From NCBI RefSeq assembly GCF_009914755.1, contig NC_060928.1: a stretch of 64,000 nucleotides of DNA; one strand, 5' to 3'. The translations under genes and the position numbers were made by a program. Positions 60,081-64,000 of the stretch are shown here, in pieces; the first letter of the stretch is position 1; the number at the start of each line of letters is the position of its first letter. The DNA is from the human T2T-CHM13v2.0 reference genome, Homo sapiens. The notes under the pieces are model-generated. The model had not been told where the DNA came from, did no database searches, and worked only from the letters and a program-made list of their open reading frames with translations.

Positions 60081-63000
60081 ACACGTATACTATTTATGCT
60101 AGTTGAAGAGAAAGTTAGTCGTACCCTCCAAAACTCACACACACAACCCCTACATGCACACATAAACAAATGTTAGCTACTCAAACAGGTGGATATGTTC
60201 CTCTGAGGCCCAATGACCAGTTTCAAGGATACTTGATATCATTTCATCTCATTTGGAAATTACTCATTGTCCTGATGTTTTTTAGGCTAGAGAATTTTAA
60301 GTAGAGTAAAATGTGGTTTAAAATAACACTAGAGAATAGGTGAGAGCAAACCAGAACTGTAGGAATCCTCTTTTCTGACAATGATTTTGCCCCTTGACAA
60401 GTAGGGGAGCTGAGATCTGCCCTCACCCTTCTGGTCCATTCTAGCTCAAGCCATCTATGGTTTTGTAGTTGCATTTTTCACGTGGTAAGTCAACTCTAAA
60501 GACAGAACAGGAGTGAAAAACGTGAGAATAGTGGACAAGAAAAGAGTGTGTGAAGAAATAAGTTGTATCAAATTATAACATTGGTCAAAAATGGCAGTAC
60601 TCATAATCCTGAAGGTAAGCTGTATTGAGGCTGCTGAAGACCTAGAGTAGCTTTTATCCAGTTCTGTTATGGCTGGAGAACTTTTCTTACAATTTGAAAG
60701 GACATTTACAGAAGGACTTTTCCTGGAGAAGCCTGGCTAGTCACCAGAGATATCTGCCAATGACGCTGGTAATTTGCAAATGTCATCCATTTCCAGGGAA
60801 TAGTTCTATAAACTAAGAAAGTTAGTAATACATCCAAAAATGAATGTGCTTCTGAGGAATAAGCCATGCTAATTCCTTACACAAGAAGGTTGCATATAAA
60901 CCAGAATACCAAATTGCTAAATTAGTATTTATATTGAGAAATGTAATGTATCAAGTGGATTACATAACCAAGTTTGTTGGTCAGTGCATTTGTTCTGCAT
61001 GGCAAATCTATTCCAGAAATAAAATCATAATCAGAAAGTTATTTTAAAACGAGCATGGAGCCAAAGCAGTGCCAGTCCAATCAGAACTGTGGATGCTACT
61101 GAGATATGATGGTTTACTGTGCACATTTCTACCACATGGTCAGATTTGCAGACATGGAGAGACAATTTATTTTTATAAAATATAATCTCTCTCTCCTGGA
61201 CAGTGCTAAAGACAAATGGGAACATTTGTTTCAGTGGCTTTTCCTTCTGTGAGATTTCTGTTTTTACAGCCAATATTACCTCTCAGTCTTGGGGTGCTGT
61301 GTGTGTTTTATGAATGTTAATACAACTTCATTATTTATAAATTATATAGGCTTTTAGAAATGTACATTTTACAAATGCAGACTTTGATAGATATTCTAAG
61401 TGCATAGACAATAATAACAGCAAATATTATACTTCCTATATGTTAGGTATAGTTTAATTTGTTTACATTCATTCATTCATTTGTAAAAGTCTTATTGTTT
61501 TAGTAAGCTTAGAAGTAGTCACCAGCTTGGTCCCTTTTGCATATGATGAAACTGATGCTAGAACAGTTAGTAAATTGCTCAAATCTCCCTCTTCTTTAGA
61601 GATGGTGACTGCCTTTGAACCCACACTGTCTTGCACTAAATCTCTAAAATAGACTAATTGTCTTTTCTCTATGGCCGAGGTCATGCTGTGTTTTATTGTG
61701 TTGACATAATTCACACAAGAACAATGAAGTAGGGGAACTTATTTTAAGTTAAAAATAGGAGAAGATACTAGAATTATTTGTTTCATTAATACATATTATT
61801 TATGATTAGTATCACTCACCTTCCCTAGCAAGTAAGAAGACCATCTCTCTCCTAGTCTAGTTACTCTTACGTAAACTTCACTCCTACGAAATGATCATTT
61901 CAGCCTCCTGCAAAGCCAAGACAGATTACATTCAATATTACTTCCTCCTCCTGTCAGCTCCTAACTTCCTTAGAGACTACAGTCAGGTGGGTGGTAGGTA
62001 ACCTATCTTCTTTGAAATCTTCTCATGATTGGCGGCTCAGGATGATGCCACGGGTGAAACTTATCAGATTCCCAGAATAGCTGCCTTTAGGAGAAATTGT
62101 TTTTCCCTCTTTTCTGGATACTCATGCCTTCCTTCCATTTTATAATCAGAGCACAGCACTTCTACTGCATTAATGCCATAAATAGCTAATTGTTTTGCCC
62201 TATCATAGTTTCCTTGAGAAATGAATTAACACAACCTCATAGGCCTCATCAGTCTGAGAACTCTGTTTTATTAATAGAATGCACAGAATAAAGCCTTTGT
62301 ACCTTTTTCAAAAATCTAACTATAAAATATACCAGTATAAATTGCAAAATTTTACACTTGGAACAATAATTTAGGCAAATTTTCCTTTCTTTACAAATTA
62401 AGAAAACGAGGTCCCAGGGCAGAGTGATTGTCCAAAATTGCTCAGTAAAAAGAGACAGAATCAGAACTATAAATCAGGGGTATTAAGTGTTTGTCTAAAA
62501 CTACTGAATGGACACTAATATTTTGCAAAACGTTTGTTTTGTTTAGTTTTTTTTTTTTTCTAGTTTTTATTGAGAAGCTTTCTTGAGGGTATATCAAAAT
62601 CCTTGACATCTGTTCATGGACTATGTGCAAAAAATACAGTACATCATACTTCTTAAGGAATTGAATAAAACATTACTTATCAATTTACTGAATTCTGAAA
62701 TTTATACTTTGAGAGACATGAGATGTGTTGGTCACAATCTCTGATTTCCCCAGAAAACTCAAGTTCTTTCATTTCACAATGGCCTTGATGAGAAAAAATT
62801 TTCTGAAATGGATTAGGAACAAAATGAAACCCCCAAGAACAGAGTGGAGCTTCTATACTAGAGTGGAGCTTAGAGTTGGAAGCGGTGAAGAAGATCCAAG
62901 CGGTTTTCTGACTTCCGTGGTTCATTTATATTCACTTCCAGGAAGCTGATAAGGTGAGTGGTAACAGGAGTTCTGGAGATAAATTCCAATTAGTATATGT

Positions 63001-63299
63001 TCCTTTCCTTGTAAAGGCAAATGTGTGCAAGGCAAGATAGAGAGAAAAAAGAAATCAAGTGTGAGTATCTTGGACCATTTGTGCCCTGTGTCCATTCTGT
63101 GTAGATTTCCTCCCAGCCTCCAAGCCTCTTAGAAAGTCGTCTATAGCTGATAAGTTCTGTCTCCAAAGTCCTCCCTTTACACTTCTCCTTTCAGTCAGAA
63201 TTGGCTCCACCTACTCTACTGAACCTCCATTTGCTGAGGCCTGTAATAATTCTCACGCTCTTCATCAAAGAACCCTCACTGCTACCCGTTTAACTTGGG

Positions 63300-63880
63300 C
63301 TCTCAGCAATTTTAAGCATGTGGCAGGCATTTTTTCATAAACTCTGACTTTCTCTAGCTTTAAAACCACATGGTTTTCTTTCTATTCTTACCAACTCCTC
63401 CTTGGTCTTTACTGGTTCATTCTTCATTTCTAATGAGATGAGGGACTTTCTTGTAGCTAATATTAAACCGATTTATTACGCTATAATCTTTTCTGGAAAA
63501 TAATCTTACCCTGAGTGTTATAGTTTGTATATTTTTGTTGTGATATTTCCAAATGTACACCCTATATTAAGTCTTTCCATCTTAGCTTTATAAATCCAAG
63601 CTCTTACGTGGATTATGCATTTGGATAACTGACAGGCATTTCAAAGCCAACACGTGAATAACTGAATTCAGTATATTCTCCCCAAATGGTATTCATTCTG
63701 TAGTGTTTTCGATCTCAGAACATTGGGTCATCTTTTCATGGGCTCCGTCAGAGAAGCAAGCTAGGTGCCATTCTGCATAGCTCCTGCTCTCTGACTTCCT
63801 TAAATTCCTGTAGTTTTCTAAATATTTCTCAAGACTTCATTTTTCACGATTACAATCTAAGTCCATTTCTGAACACACTG
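63300..63880 (+). mobile_element. L2 body fragment
   Basis: tggttttctttcta...ttggataactgacaggcatttcaaa.ccaaca.gt...aactgaattc. Confidence 0.6.
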
Positions 63881-64000
63881 CTGTCTTCCAAGTTCGTTTG
63901 CTCTTGAAATGTCTTCTCTTTCTCATGTCTAAGAAACCTTTCTTCATTAAATTTGTGACTCCTTTCAAATATTACCTCATTGAGAAATCATTTTTTGACA

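Overview
AT-rich, repeat-dense primate non-coding DNA. It is almost certainly human, because it carries an AluYb8 at 3666-3985. I find no supportable host protein-coding gene, RNA gene or CpG island, and the longer ORFs in the track are decayed L1 ORF1/ORF2, Alu, LTR or microsatellite frames. The main structures are: an old minus-strand L1 (1-~5260); a near full-length plus-strand L1MA9-like element (~18110-24940); a three-level nest of a full-length L1MA1/2-like element containing a THE1 provirus that contains an L1PA7-like element (37967-51346); many MaLR/ERV LTRs; and Alus, MIR, L2 and DNA-transposon relics. Repeat subfamily names come from recalled consensus sequences, not a database search. 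I see no evidence of a new gene-encoded system. The most unusual signal is three independent locally templated insertions, which look like DNA-repair scars: 3645-4217, 26511-26570 and 41489-41764. Each sits inside a different repeat and each was copied from a donor about 1.5-1.7 kb to its right. There is also a trimeric Alu inside one target-site duplication (TSD), an apparent L1 insertion-mediated deletion, and a 41-bp TSD-flanked orphan insert.
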